Below, in pieces: positions 36,066 to 46,357 of a stretch of 64,000 nucleotides of DNA (its first letter is position 1; each line of letters opens with the position of its first letter). Where the stretch lies: the IMG/VR virus record IMGVR_UViG_3300025646_000029, positions 1 through 64,000 of that record. The stretch is one strand, 5' to 3'. The position numbers and the translations under genes are program-made. The DNA is from a virus. Below the pieces are notes generated by a model. That model worked only from the letters and a program-made list of their open reading frames with translations, made no database searches and had not been told where the DNA came from.

Positions 36066-36898
36066 TGGTGTGTCAAAACAAAATATGTGTTCTAGATTTC
36101 GAAACTGATAGCTTAGACAACAATTTCAATCAACCCGTTTCTATTGCAGCTGTCATGATAGACGGCAGATCTTTAAAAATATGCGAGAACGGGATTTTTT
36201 ATTCTTTAATATCAAGAATTCCAGATTCCGAAGTAGAAAAGTATGGTCTCTCAAAATTAGACCCAAAGTCAATGTCGATCAACGGCATACGTGAAAGCGA
36301 CCTAGAATCTGCTCCCCCTTTAAAATTAGTGTGGACCAACTTTATAAATTGGGTAAAATATTTTAACCCAAAACCCAGCAAATGGGACGGCCCAATATTA
36401 TCTGGTCATAACCATAAATACGACCGAAAAATAATCGAGAGAATTATGTATGGTACGCATTATGGCCTGAAAATATCCAATCAAAAATCAATTCAATACG
36501 CCCGGTTTTCAAAAATGACAACCGAGGAGCAAAAGGACTACTTTGCTCGAACTGCTACTTTGCAAGAACCATGGAAACTAGGTCCACAATCTGAATTTTT
36601 TCACCCGGGGCTGTATTTAGATTCGCAGGATTACAGCCATATTTTATTTGAAAACACGAGAAACTATAGAAGCATTTCTTTGTCCAACGTGAAGTCGCTG
36701 TTGGGTTTCAAAGACGACGCCGAAATAGATGAACACCATGCTCTAGTCGACACGATGTGGTCCGCTGAGATAATAGTCAGATACATCTCACTTATGAGAC
36801 AGGTTTTAAAAGATGTTGACTTTGAAACTCAAAATAAAACACACTTAGATGTGCACCAACAGCTTAAAAATATACTACAAAACGAAAAGGAAGACTGA
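36062..36898 (+). CDS. DnaQ-like 3'-5' exonuclease (candidate proofreading subunit)
   Basis: Exo I CVLDFETDS and exo III HHALVDTMWSAEI. Confidence 0.6.
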   Translation: MMVCQNKICVLDFETDSLDNNFNQPVSIAAVMIDGRSLKICENGIFYSLISRIPDSEVEKYGLSKLDPKSMSINGIRESDLESAPPLKLVWTNFINWVKYFNPKPSKWDGPILSGHNHKYDRKIIERIMYGTHYGLKISNQKSIQYARFSKMTTEEQKDYFARTATLQEPWKLGPQSEFFHPGLYLDSQDYSHILFENTRNYRSISLSNVKSLLGFKDDAEIDEHHALVDTMWSAEIIVRYISLMRQVLKDVDFETQNKTHLDVHQQLKNILQNEKED

Positions 36899-38502
36899 TG
36901 GTGACAAAAGCTGCTAGCGATAGCAATTTTTATTCATTTGATTGCGGGTGTTCTATACCAATTGACGAAGATGGAGACCCGCAAATAGATTATGAAAATA
37001 TCAACCTATGCTGCAATAAAACATGGAGTACGTACGCAAAGGGGTACACGCGCTCGATTTTTCAGTTAGAAAAAAGACTTGGGAAAGAATGGAGTAAAAA
37101 ACTAAAACCGAAGTCTGTACTAGAATCAGCCGCTTTGATATCCGTCATAAGGCCTGGCACGCTAAATGCAGTTAATGCCGAAGGTAAAAGCTTTTCTCAA
37201 GTTTTTTGCGATAGAAAGAACTCTAACTGGAAGCCAGAAGAGGGCGATAAATTATCGGAAGCGCTAGAGGAAACCTATGGCGTCAATATTTACCAAGAAC
37301 AAACGATGTTTCTTTCTTTTTTGTTTGCTGGATTCGATGGCGACCAGCAAATAAAGCTATTAAAAGGAATAGCGAAGAAAGACGCTGGTTATCTTGCGTC
37401 TTTAAAAGAAGAATTCTTGAATGGTTGTAGTTCAAAAGGGTTGATTACAAACAAACAGGCTCTGGAGGTGTTTTCAAACATAGAGGCAAGCGCCAGATAC
37501 GCCTTTAACAAATCTCACGCAGTTGGGTATGCTAAAACTGGATATTGGACAGCTTGGGTAAAATCACATCTGCCGATTCATTATATATGCGGATGGTTAA
37601 GGCACGCAAAAAATACACCAAAACCAAAAGAAGAAATAAAGGCGATAGTCTCGGAAGCAAATAGATTAGGAGTCACAATTGCACCCCCGAGCTTTAAAAA
37701 CCTACCGGTCACCAATTTCTTTATAAACAAAGAAACAAGCATTATTTATTTTGGAATAGATTCAATCAAAGAGTGCGGTGAAAAAGTGGCCAGCTTGATC
37801 CAAAAAAATATCACAAAACCTCCAACGAGTTTTTTAAATTTTCTAGTTTTTGATTCACAAAACCTTAAAAAAAATAATATAATAAACTTTATACGGGCAG
37901 GGTGTTTCGACTATCTTCAAATCGACAGATATCAGGCTGAGCATGACTACAATAAGTATTCTATGCTCACAAAAGGAGAAAAGAAAGACTGCGTATTGAT
38001 TCAGTCTAAGCTCAATTTAACTAATCTAAAAGACCTATTAAAAAAGGTTTTGGAGCTTAGCGGTAAAGAAGAAAGAATTAAAATTATAAAGTCAATGATC
38101 GAGACTTTTGAAGACAACTTAAAAGATAGCAAAAGAGCTATCATAGAGCAAGAGCGCGAGCTGATAGGTGTGAATATAAGTTACTCTTCTATAATGACAA
38201 ATTCTCAATATTCAGCAACGCATGAATGCGGCGTTATAGACGACTTACCGCCAAATACAAAATGTATCGCGTGTGGAGAAGTCGACGAATATTTTGAAAT
38301 CGAAATAAAAAACGGCAAGATGGCTGGACAAACCATGGCGCGTTTTAAATTAGTTGATGAATCCGGAGAATGCGACTGTGTAGTATTCCCAAAAGAACTA
38401 GACACTTATCAAGGGGCAATATATGAAACTAGCAATGTGATGATCGTTGGATCTACAGGAAATCGTGGTGGACTAATAGTAAATAAAATTTATGAAGGTT
38501 GA
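36898..38502 (+). CDS. dnaE: DNA polymerase III alpha (DnaE-type) C-terminal fragment: fingers, beta-binding and OB fold
   Basis: IPIDED...GYTRSIFQLE (the IPLDD...T.AVFQLES-equivalent), VIRPGT, NIYQEQTMF, RYAFNKSHAVGYAKTGYWTAWVKSHLPIHY and C-terminal OB-like ARFKLVDESGECDCVVFPKE. It starts exactly where the N-fragment stops. Confidence 0.8.
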   Translation: MVTKAASDSNFYSFDCGCSIPIDEDGDPQIDYENINLCCNKTWSTYAKGYTRSIFQLEKRLGKEWSKKLKPKSVLESAALISVIRPGTLNAVNAEGKSFSQVFCDRKNSNWKPEEGDKLSEALEETYGVNIYQEQTMFLSFLFAGFDGDQQIKLLKGIAKKDAGYLASLKEEFLNGCSSKGLITNKQALEVFSNIEASARYAFNKSHAVGYAKTGYWTAWVKSHLPIHYICGWLRHAKNTPKPKEEIKAIVSEANRLGVTIAPPSFKNLPVTNFFINKETSIIYFGIDSIKECGEKVASLIQKNITKPPTSFLNFLVFDSQNLKKNNIINFIRAGCFDYLQIDRYQAEHDYNKYSMLTKGEKKDCVLIQSKLNLTNLKDLLKKVLELSGKEERIKIIKSMIETFEDNLKDSKRAIIEQERELIGVNISYSSIMTNSQYSATHECGVIDDLPPNTKCIACGEVDEYFEIEIKNGKMAGQTMARFKLVDESGECDCVVFPKELDTYQGAIYETSNVMIVGSTGNRGGLIVNKIYEG

Positions 38503-38944
38503 AATATATATGAACGACCAAAATCAAATGATAGATAAATTTAAAGTCACTGGCAACCCGGAAAAAGCCAGAATGGAAATACTGATCAACGACGGCACTT
38601 ACATGACTGTAAATTCATCCAAATGTGGAAATGAATGTGTTATTGAAGTCGGCGACAAGTATTCAAAAACCGGACGAAAGCAAACAACTAAATTTGTTTC
38701 AGATGGTAATTTTGTTAGATTTTTTGATCTATCTTTAGATTCAGAAAGCGACCGTGTAATCCAAACAACTGCTATCACGGGAAGCGATCTTGGAATTAGT
38801 TGTTTAGATTTAGCGATTGAATCCGTTCCGGGTATCATATCCTCTCTTTGTATACCAGAGGGGCATGTTTTTGTAAACAATAACAGGTATGATACACAGT
38901 ACGATGATTTATCTGAAACAGAAGAAAAAACCAAGGACGAATGA
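38492..38944 (+). CDS. hypothetical protein
   Basis: 150-aa ORF. Confidence 0.4.
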   Translation: MKVEIYMNDQNQMIDKFKVTGNPEKARMEILINDGTYMTVNSSKCGNECVIEVGDKYSKTGRKQTTKFVSDGNFVRFFDLSLDSESDRVIQTTAITGSDLGISCLDLAIESVPGIISSLCIPEGHVFVNNNRYDTQYDDLSETEEKTKDE

Positions 38945-39264
38945 CTATGGACTGCGAAGAGTGCGATTATAGAACAAAACTAACTTGTTCCGGTACAGGT
39001 TTGATAAAAGATATTTTGAAGCATACAACAGTTCCCGGGCAAGTAGACAAAACTTCGTTGCGGGTTTCTTTTGTAAGAAGAAGGCAAGACGGAAGCCAAA
39101 CAATAAAAGAAGAAGATCTGGTGACCGTTGTTTTCTGGTCTTCGGCTGCCCAAATAATCAATGATCTAGCAAGTGTAGATCAACACATATATTTGGATAT
39201 GGAAATAAGATCTTCGAAAGAAGGCCTTGTTTTCAAGGCTAAAAGTTTTGAAATCTTAGACTGA
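38941..39264 (+). CDS. hypothetical protein
   Basis: 107-aa ORF with CEECDY near the N-terminus. Confidence 0.4.
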   Translation: MTMDCEECDYRTKLTCSGTGLIKDILKHTTVPGQVDKTSLRVSFVRRRQDGSQTIKEEDLVTVVFWSSAAQIINDLASVDQHIYLDMEIRSSKEGLVFKAKSFEILD

Positions 39265-39278
39265 AACTGGGCGTCCCT

Positions 39279-40901
39279 ATGAAAATTTTAATTGTCAGTG
39301 AATTTACCGGGTTGGGAACCACTGGTTACTCTAATTATTACAAACAAATAGCCAGAGGCCTTCACGATGACGGGCACGAAATTCTTGAGCTGGCTTCTTA
39401 TGGAGACCAAAATAACCCAGCTCACGTATCATATGCAAACAATTGTGATTGGAAAATATTCCTGAATATACCACAAAGAGACGACGACAAGGGTAACTCT
39501 CTTTACAAACAAAGAGAAGAGTCTCATGGGGACGCCAAATTCGGGGCGTGGAATTATGAAAACATAATGCTTGATTTTATGCCAGATACCGTGATTTCAA
39601 TAAGAGACCATTGGTACGACAGGTTTATAATAAACTCTCCGAGCGCAAAGTATACAACTGTAGTTCTTAGTCCAACAGTTGACAGCATGCCGCAGAAATC
39701 AGAGTGGTTAGAAACTTATGGCAAAGCTGACGTTATAACTACCTATAACGAATGGAGCCAAAACTGGCTTAAACAACAATACGCAAGCCGTAACCTAGTA
39801 GAGTTTATATCTCCTTGTGCTGACGATTCTTTGAAAATACTAAATACAAAATTATGCAGGCAAAAACTAGGCCTGCCAACTGATTCAAAAATCGTAGGAA
39901 CAGTCATGAGAAATCAAACAAGAAAAAGATTTCCAGAACTGTTTAAGGCCTTGGCTCAAGTAGATAACTTGTATTTGCATTGCCATACTGGGTACCCAGA
40001 CGATGGATGGGATATGCCAGAATTAATTTTAAGAAACAAAGTGCAAGACAGGGTTTTCTTTACATACAGATGTAAAAGATGCAACGCAGTATCAGCAAAA
40101 CTTTTTTCAGGAAGATCAACGCGTTGTGATAAATGCGGTGGAACAAAAGTGATGCCAAATGCGTCAGTTGGTGTAACAACTGAGGATATGTCTGTTATTT
40201 TTGGCGCTATGGATTTGTATATACAGCCTCACACAGCAGAGGGCTTTGGTATACCAGTTATAGAAGCCGCTAAATGCGGTATCAAATCCGCGAGCACTGA
40301 TTATTCTGCCCAAGAAGATATCATAAGAAGAGTGGGTGGCATTCCAATTCCCCCTTTATCTTTAGAGACAGAAATAGCAACGACAGCCGACAGGGCTACT
40401 ATGAACGTGCAAAAAATAGTAGAAATCCTGTCTGACGAAAATTCTTATCAATACAATAAACAAGATATAAAAGAATTATACGAAAAAAATTACAACTGGG
40501 ATTCAACAATAAAAAAATGGCAATCTCTAGTAAAAAACATAGAGAGCACAAAAACACTTGCCGATAAAAACAAATGGTTTTTAAATTGGTCTCCAGTTGA
40601 CGTTCCTAGTTTAGAAGAAATTCAAAAAATAAATCTAACTAATGAAAGTTATGTAATTTATTGTATTCTGAACGTTGCTCAGTCCCCAGATATCATCGGG
40701 ACTTATCTTCATTGTAAGATCCTAGACGATTTAAATTCTGGAGAAATTTACGTTAAAAGATCTACTGCAACAGGTGTTTCTCCATACAACAGAGAAAACG
40801 TATACAGACATATGCTTCAAATAAGGAATAGGGTTTTGAAATGGGAAGACCTAAGGGTTCAAAAAATAAAAAGACTAGTCCAAGCCCAAAAGAACCGTTA
40901 G
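39279..40901 (+). CDS. GT-B glycosyltransferase (GT4-like) with an internal Zn ribbon
   Basis: N-terminal MKILIVSEFTGLGTTGYSNYYKQIARGLHDDGHEI. C-terminal signature EGFGIPVIEAAKCGIKSAST. CKRCNAVS...CDKCGG. Confidence 0.6.
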   Translation: MKILIVSEFTGLGTTGYSNYYKQIARGLHDDGHEILELASYGDQNNPAHVSYANNCDWKIFLNIPQRDDDKGNSLYKQREESHGDAKFGAWNYENIMLDFMPDTVISIRDHWYDRFIINSPSAKYTTVVLSPTVDSMPQKSEWLETYGKADVITTYNEWSQNWLKQQYASRNLVEFISPCADDSLKILNTKLCRQKLGLPTDSKIVGTVMRNQTRKRFPELFKALAQVDNLYLHCHTGYPDDGWDMPELILRNKVQDRVFFTYRCKRCNAVSAKLFSGRSTRCDKCGGTKVMPNASVGVTTEDMSVIFGAMDLYIQPHTAEGFGIPVIEAAKCGIKSASTDYSAQEDIIRRVGGIPIPPLSLETEIATTADRATMNVQKIVEILSDENSYQYNKQDIKELYEKNYNWDSTIKKWQSLVKNIESTKTLADKNKWFLNWSPVDVPSLEEIQKINLTNESYVIYCILNVAQSPDIIGTYLHCKILDDLNSGEIYVKRSTATGVSPYNRENVYRHMLQIRNRVLKWEDLRVQKIKRLVQAQKNR

Positions 40902-41041
40902 AGCCAGAAATAGCCGACAAAGAGAAGCAGCTCAGATTGATTTATGATTTTGCCTCTTATTTATCAGACAGACACCCAGTAAAAACAGATCGTTATTTAG
41001 AACTACTGAGGAATTTTTTAGAAATAAAAGGTGTTTCATGA
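40841..41041 (+). CDS. small AT-hook-like DNA-binding protein
   Basis: MGRPKGSKNKK (an AT-hook GRP core) followed by a short helical tail. Confidence 0.35.
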   Translation: MGRPKGSKNKKTSPSPKEPLEPEIADKEKQLRLIYDFASYLSDRHPVKTDRYLELLRNFLEIKGVS

Positions 41042-41889
41042 AACCATTTGTGATGCTTCTTGTGGACAACACTGATCCTTGGTTTGGATTCATGTCTTCC
41101 GTGTTCGAATACAGATTAAAAGAAATGGACGTAAAGTATTTGACGTCTACTAAGACAAAGGCGCCTGTTTTTGAGTTTGATCCGGAAGAAGTAACTCATG
41201 TAATTCAATGTGTACCTTCAAAGGAATTAACAACAATTCCAGAGCGGTACACAAATATTGCTGTGACTAACTACAGAAAATCAAAATACGATTACAGCTA
41301 CAGTCTTGTAGATTTTGTCGTCGAAACAAGCGGAACTTACAGTGTTATAAACCCTTATATAAATAACCCCGAAATAAAAAAACGGGCTGCCTTAAAGGCT
41401 GGGTCTATTACTTCAAAAATTGGAATCGCGGGGCAACCAGTATTTTATTGCGTTGTCAGGGACTCGAATCAATACAGAACTGAAGAGGTTCTTTTTGAAC
41501 TACAAAAAATAAAGGACTCGCGCAAACGCGAGTTTATCGTCGAGGCGCTTGTTGTAGTTATTTCTGAAACGGCTGACGCCGAATTTGTAAAAAAAAGATT
41601 TACAGATCTAAAACAAGAACTTGAAATCGACTGTTATATTGTGTTCGTTGAAAATCAAAACGAAACAGACATAGCTCTTTTTCATTTCGGTTTTACAGAA
41701 TTCGAAGACAAAAACTGGTTTGGTTATAGTTATGATAATTTTATTTATAACAGAGAAGTCGTATCCAGTCAAGAATTTGTAGACTTGATAAATTATAACA
41801 CAAACTTTCGAAGTGCCGGAAATGACAACATAAAAACATTCGTAGAGCAAATAAAAAACGGCGTTAACTTTAAAACATCAATTTTTTAA
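41038..41889 (+). CDS. hypothetical protein
   Basis: 283-aa ORF. Confidence 0.45.
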   Translation: MKPFVMLLVDNTDPWFGFMSSVFEYRLKEMDVKYLTSTKTKAPVFEFDPEEVTHVIQCVPSKELTTIPERYTNIAVTNYRKSKYDYSYSLVDFVVETSGTYSVINPYINNPEIKKRAALKAGSITSKIGIAGQPVFYCVVRDSNQYRTEEVLFELQKIKDSRKREFIVEALVVVISETADAEFVKKRFTDLKQELEIDCYIVFVENQNETDIALFHFGFTEFEDKNWFGYSYDNFIYNREVVSSQEFVDLINYNTNFRSAGNDNIKTFVEQIKNGVNFKTSIF

Positions 41890-41901
41890 CAAGGAAAAAA
41901 A

Positions 41902-42261
41902 ATGAAAGTAGAATATCCCGTTTCCATTGGCGGAAAAACTATTATTGTTTCAGATGAATTAGAAAATGATACAGAGATATTTAAGTTTATTCACCACATG
42001 GAGGAGTTATTCGGAGACACGAAGTGTGAAAGAAACGGGCAGTCTTCGGATAAAGTCAAGATCAACGTTAGAGTTGATTCAGATGAAAACCATTATTACG
42101 AAATAGTCTGCTACGACAGGTCTGCTCCAGAATGCAATTATGCCAAAAGAACATTTGGCGTAAACAAGAAAGGGGGCAACTTGTTTCCCAAAAACAAAGA
42201 CCAAGAGGGCAATTGGAGGCCGTGGAGAAAATATAACCCGGAAACCAAGACAGAAGAATGA
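41902..42261 (+). CDS. hypothetical protein
   Basis: 119-aa ORF. Confidence 0.4.
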   Translation: MKVEYPVSIGGKTIIVSDELENDTEIFKFIHHMEELFGDTKCERNGQSSDKVKINVRVDSDENHYYEIVCYDRSAPECNYAKRTFGVNKKGGNLFPKNKDQEGNWRPWRKYNPETKTEE

Positions 42262-43007
42262 TTTCTCAATACAACAAAAATAAAGAAACACTGCGCCTCC
42301 TCACAGGGGGCGCCTGCAACATTGTTTGTTATGGTCCACTAGAGTTTTATTTTAGCGGACTAAAAAAATCTTTTGAATCGGATGATATAAAAGTTTTTGA
42401 TGTCACAGAATCGTTCAATAAATCTAAAGATATCGACATCGAAATGATTCCCTCGGTGTTTATTTGTTTTTCTCCACAAAACGCGTACCACTTTAGTAAG
42501 TATTGCGAAGAAAGAGAAATACCTTTTGTTTACGTTGTTCGCGACTGGCCCAAAACAAATCAACAAGCAGCAAATTTTAGGTCTTTTGTATCAAAAAATC
42601 TAAATTGCAAAGATGTTGTTTTTTACAACAGTCATCATTGTAATTCTTGGGGCTTCGGTGGAACAAACTCAAGTATGGTAGAACCTTGTGTTTCCCAAAA
42701 AATAACAAGTGACGAAAATATTTTTGTAAAACCCCAAGCGACAAAAGAAGAACTGCTCAACGCCATGGCTTCTGGGCTTGTGGTAGTAACAAGCGCCAAT
42801 AATCCAAGCGCGCAACAACTAATAGTGCAAAACCAAAATGGACTGCTTGTTAAAAGCGAGCAAGAAAAAGAATTGGTATTAGAAGCTATCAAGAAATCTC
42901 AAATTGACACAAAAACAATGAGCAAAAACGCAATACAATCAGCTTCAAGAGAATGCTTTTCTTTAAAAGAATTCACAAGTGGGTGGAAAAAAATCCTAGA
43001 AAACTAA
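42258..43007 (+). CDS. glycosyltransferase-like protein (GT-B C-terminal-like)
   Basis: MASGLVVVTSANNPSAQQLIVQNQNGLLV resembles the GT4 nucleotide-sugar-binding block. Confidence 0.4.
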   Translation: MISQYNKNKETLRLLTGGACNIVCYGPLEFYFSGLKKSFESDDIKVFDVTESFNKSKDIDIEMIPSVFICFSPQNAYHFSKYCEEREIPFVYVVRDWPKTNQQAANFRSFVSKNLNCKDVVFYNSHHCNSWGFGGTNSSMVEPCVSQKITSDENIFVKPQATKEELLNAMASGLVVVTSANNPSAQQLIVQNQNGLLVKSEQEKELVLEAIKKSQIDTKTMSKNAIQSASRECFSLKEFTSGWKKILEN

Positions 43008-43008
43008 T

Positions 43009-43449
43009 ATGAAAAAGATACATTTAATAACGAATAACGAATTACCCGAAGAGGGTTTCGAAGTTAAGAGCGTAGGAAGCTACGATTATATAGGAAGTTC
43101 TTATTACAAGTCAAGTGTATCGGAAATATATTGTCCAAAAGGAATAAACTTTATACCCCTAGAAAAAATAAACAGCTTCTTTTCTTTGCTCAAAGATATT
43201 TTGGCGCCCAACGGGTTGATTTCAATCGGTGGAATTGACGCAGAAATGCTTTTAGGGTCTTTTGCAGCCAAGATACACACTGAACAGGTCATTAACAAAT
43301 TTTTGTTCAAAGGTGATTTTACACAGTGGAACTCGCTTCCTTATTATAGAAGCATAAAAAATTCAATGATAAACAATGGTTTATTGGTTACAAACACCAT
43401 AACAGATCCACTTGAAGCAAGGTTCCTAATAAAAGGACAAAAGACTTGA
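43009..43449 (+). CDS. hypothetical protein
   Basis: 146-aa ORF. Confidence 0.4.
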   Translation: MKKIHLITNNELPEEGFEVKSVGSYDYIGSSYYKSSVSEIYCPKGINFIPLEKINSFFSLLKDILAPNGLISIGGIDAEMLLGSFAAKIHTEQVINKFLFKGDFTQWNSLPYYRSIKNSMINNGLLVTNTITDPLEARFLIKGQKT

Positions 43450-44135
43450 AAGAAAACTTAATAAGTCACGTGTTTATCCTTGATCAGCCGGAATTTATAA
43501 AAAGAGACACCGGGTTGGAAACTACTGAGTTTTATATCGACTGTAATAATTTGATATTAGAATCCCAAAAGAAGCTAGAAAACGACGTCAGAGTAACCCG
43601 CCAACAGTACTTGGATTCAAACAACAAGCCGGGAACCACGTCAATTCAGAAAGCGTTAAATTTTGCATGGGAAAACAAAAACGACTATTGTTTACTATGT
43701 TATGATTTTTGTGGATTCGAAGAAAACATTTTAGAAACTTTTAACAAGTGTATAAAGAGATATGACAGAATTGTTAACTCTGGCGACAAAAGGGCTCACT
43801 TGGGATATGTATATAGTGATTTTCATTATCTTTTATGGAATAACTTCGCCATTCGTAAATCTTTACGAGAAATCGAAGCGTTCGAACCAAACAAAAACTT
43901 CATGAACAGTGTAATTCAAGGTATTTATTTAGTTGCCGTGGACATAAAACATGTTGACAGATCGGTGCCTTATTTAAGTTTGTCAGAAATGATTCTGGCG
44001 AACTGCGCTGGCAGGCCAAACCCTCCAATAGTTTATCATTTAGCTGAGCCTGTGTACTTTGTTCCTGAATACATAACTAATGATGAACTAAAAATAAAAA
44101 ACGAAGGACACGCTTATGCAAGATTTTATGTATAA
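43446..44135 (+). CDS. hypothetical protein, possibly GT-A-like
   Basis: 229 aa. No firm motif. Confidence 0.4.
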   Translation: MKENLISHVFILDQPEFIKRDTGLETTEFYIDCNNLILESQKKLENDVRVTRQQYLDSNNKPGTTSIQKALNFAWENKNDYCLLCYDFCGFEENILETFNKCIKRYDRIVNSGDKRAHLGYVYSDFHYLLWNNFAIRKSLREIEAFEPNKNFMNSVIQGIYLVAVDIKHVDRSVPYLSLSEMILANCAGRPNPPIVYHLAEPVYFVPEYITNDELKIKNEGHAYARFYV

Positions 44136-44814
44136 AGGAGAAAAGAAGACCTTTCAACTTCCTTTGCTTGCATGCCCAAATCCATTAATGGAAAACGTTA
44201 CGTTTATATTATGCGGTTCTTATCCTGCTCATGGAATCAAGTCAAACGGAAGCAAGTTATTTTGCGAATTTAAAGACTCACAGGTAATCGACTATAACCT
44301 TGATTTGTTTTATAAAATTTGCAAAAATCCAGATGTTATAATTACGACGGGGCAAGACCACAAAGATTTCGTTAAGCATCACAGAAAAAGCCAGTTTAGC
44401 ATAGTTCAAAATTGTTTTTTTGAATTTTCAAATACAGCAGAAGATTTACGAATTGGTCTTTTGGCGGCAAGAAACTCAAAAGTTGTATTTATTGAAAGCG
44501 GGTTTATACCAACTGTTGCAACAATGAAACTTTTGATTGACTCCGGATACAAATCTTCTAAAATTTACACCAAAGACATTGACGACGATTACCCCGGCGT
44601 AAAAACAAGCGAAGGAATCGTAAAAGATTTTTGTTTTGACACTTATGAAAAAATCACCGGAATGTACTATCTCTGTGAAAAAGACATAAGCAAAGCAAGA
44701 AAAAAAGCAGTGGGCAAAGACTACTCTAGGAATCAATTCGCTTTTGAATTTTTAAAATCAGTAAATCTACATGCAGTGTTTGATAACACCGACTCAGTAT
44801 TGGTAACAAGATGA
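44116..44814 (+). CDS. hypothetical protein, tandem paralog A
   Basis: LFYKICKNPDVIITTGQDHKDFVK is paralogous to YSLCCKNPEVILTLKDNHTEVEAAK in the next ORF. Confidence 0.45.
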   Translation: MQDFMYKGEKKTFQLPLLACPNPLMENVTFILCGSYPAHGIKSNGSKLFCEFKDSQVIDYNLDLFYKICKNPDVIITTGQDHKDFVKHHRKSQFSIVQNCFFEFSNTAEDLRIGLLAARNSKVVFIESGFIPTVATMKLLIDSGYKSSKIYTKDIDDDYPGVKTSEGIVKDFCFDTYEKITGMYYLCEKDISKARKKAVGKDYSRNQFAFEFLKSVNLHAVFDNTDSVLVTR

Positions 44815-45533
44815 AAATACTCTGCAATATACAAAAACTAAAATCTAGGTCTAAATACGTTCTCGAAACAGATTCTATAGAATTTATAGACTCTAATATC
44901 TATAGTCTTTGCTGCAAAAATCCCGAAGTTATATTAACCCTAAAAGATAACCACACAGAGGTCGAAGCTGCCAAGCAGGACTATCCTTTTATAAAGTTCG
45001 TGTGTGTTAATCCAGATTCAATAAAACCAGTTTACATTGACACGGTTTATATAAATTCAATAACGGAAAATCCTGTACCACTACAATCAATTGACGACCG
45101 CCCCGATTTTGGTACTTGTTGGGTTAATGCTTCAAGCCTCAAACCAATTGATTATACAAAATTCTTGTCGCACATGAAGTCTTTTTCTACACTAAGAACA
45201 GTTGGGGCGAGATCGATATACAATATATCGCACGATGCAGGAAAACTAGAACAAACAATTGCATTGTTCAAAAAATCTAAAACGATTGTGGTAACTGACG
45301 AGTTTCATATGCTGCTCGCCTTTTATTTGCGCAAACCGTGTATAGTAACAGATTATTTTAAAATAAAAACTCCAAAAGAAAAGCTTGAATTCTTATTTGA
45401 AAACAATATGGTTACATATTATAGAGACATTCAAAATATAGAAGAACTAAGGACCTCAGAGAAAGCCTTTGAGTATGCTTTAGATCATTGCTATAGTGTA
45501 TTTTGGCAAAAATTTTACTCGAATTTTAACTAG
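44811..45533 (+). CDS. hypothetical protein, tandem paralog B
   Basis: See the paralogy above. 240 aa. Confidence 0.45.
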   Translation: MKILCNIQKLKSRSKYVLETDSIEFIDSNIYSLCCKNPEVILTLKDNHTEVEAAKQDYPFIKFVCVNPDSIKPVYIDTVYINSITENPVPLQSIDDRPDFGTCWVNASSLKPIDYTKFLSHMKSFSTLRTVGARSIYNISHDAGKLEQTIALFKKSKTIVVTDEFHMLLAFYLRKPCIVTDYFKIKTPKEKLEFLFENNMVTYYRDIQNIEELRTSEKAFEYALDHCYSVFWQKFYSNFN

Positions 45534-45541
45534 GAAAAAAA

Positions 45542-45979
45542 ATGAGACCAGAACTTGAAAGACATAGACTAAATTCAGAAGAATATCCAACCGAAGAACA
45601 AAGGGAACTGCTGTCTGGCGTCAGTGGTGAAGTTATTGAAATTGATGGAGGGGTTGGTATCGCGTCAGAATACCTAAGCAGAAATGGTTGCAGTGTTACT
45701 TTGCAATCAGAAGAAAGATTATGTTTTTCTTACAGAAAAAAGGAAGTTCCAGACTCCACAGTAAAACAGTGGAATGTTTCTACTGATCAAATTTCCACAG
45801 ACAAAAAGCTTTTTGACTATGTTATCATAAGGGATACTTCAAAAACTGAAATGGCCCAAAAGATAGCAAAAATTGGCGTTGTTAATTTATCTACTGGAGA
45901 GACTATAAGTGTTATCGATACTGACGTCGTCGACGAAGAAAAACCAAAGGCTGCTCGACGTACTAAATCTGACGAGTGA
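45542..45979 (+). CDS. small protein with a SAM-MTase motif-I-like segment
   Basis: VIEIDGGVGIASEYLSRNGCSVT resembles the E/DxGxGxG motif, but 145 aa is too short for a complete methyltransferase. Confidence 0.3.
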   Translation: MRPELERHRLNSEEYPTEEQRELLSGVSGEVIEIDGGVGIASEYLSRNGCSVTLQSEERLCFSYRKKEVPDSTVKQWNVSTDQISTDKKLFDYVIIRDTSKTEMAQKIAKIGVVNLSTGETISVIDTDVVDEEKPKAARRTKSDE

Positions 45980-46355
45980 AATAAAAGATAGATCAATTTT
46001 CACCACTGATATCACAAGAACCGGCTCTGAATTTTTAGGGCCGGTTTTCCCAGTGATCAATCTGTGGTCTCAGTGGAAAAACATAGTATTGTTTTCGTGT
46101 TTTTCAGAATATCTACACATAGATAAGTTGCGAACTAATCATAAAAAAATATTTTATTGTTACAACTTGAACTGGAACACGACCTCAATAAATTTCGAGT
46201 GGGCACAAAAAACAGTGTCAACTGCAGACGTTGTTTTGGTCAGAAATGAAAACCATGCGTCTGTGATAATGGACGTATTTGGGCGTGACACAATTGTAGT
46301 GGACGAAGAATTTAAAATAACAGAAGATTTTTTACAAAGTTTGTTTGAGGAATAA
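45909..46355 (+). CDS. hypothetical protein
   Basis: 148-aa ORF. The start may be downstream of the track start because of overlap with the preceding ORF. Confidence 0.35.
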   Translation: MLSILTSSTKKNQRLLDVLNLTSEIKDRSIFTTDITRTGSEFLGPVFPVINLWSQWKNIVLFSCFSEYLHIDKLRTNHKKIFYCYNLNWNTTSINFEWAQKTVSTADVVLVRNENHASVIMDVFGRDTIVVDEEFKITEDFLQSLFEE

Positions 46356-46357
46356 AA

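Noticed and set aside
34916-36897. Intein or self-splicing intron explanation for the dnaE split
   Set aside because: The insert is not in one frame with the polymerase, since multiple stops and four separate coupled ORFs are present. It lacks intein Cys/Ser...His-Asn boundary residues and shows no homing-endonuclease ORF. Intron RNA structure cannot be excluded without a covariance-model search, but the coding density argues against it.
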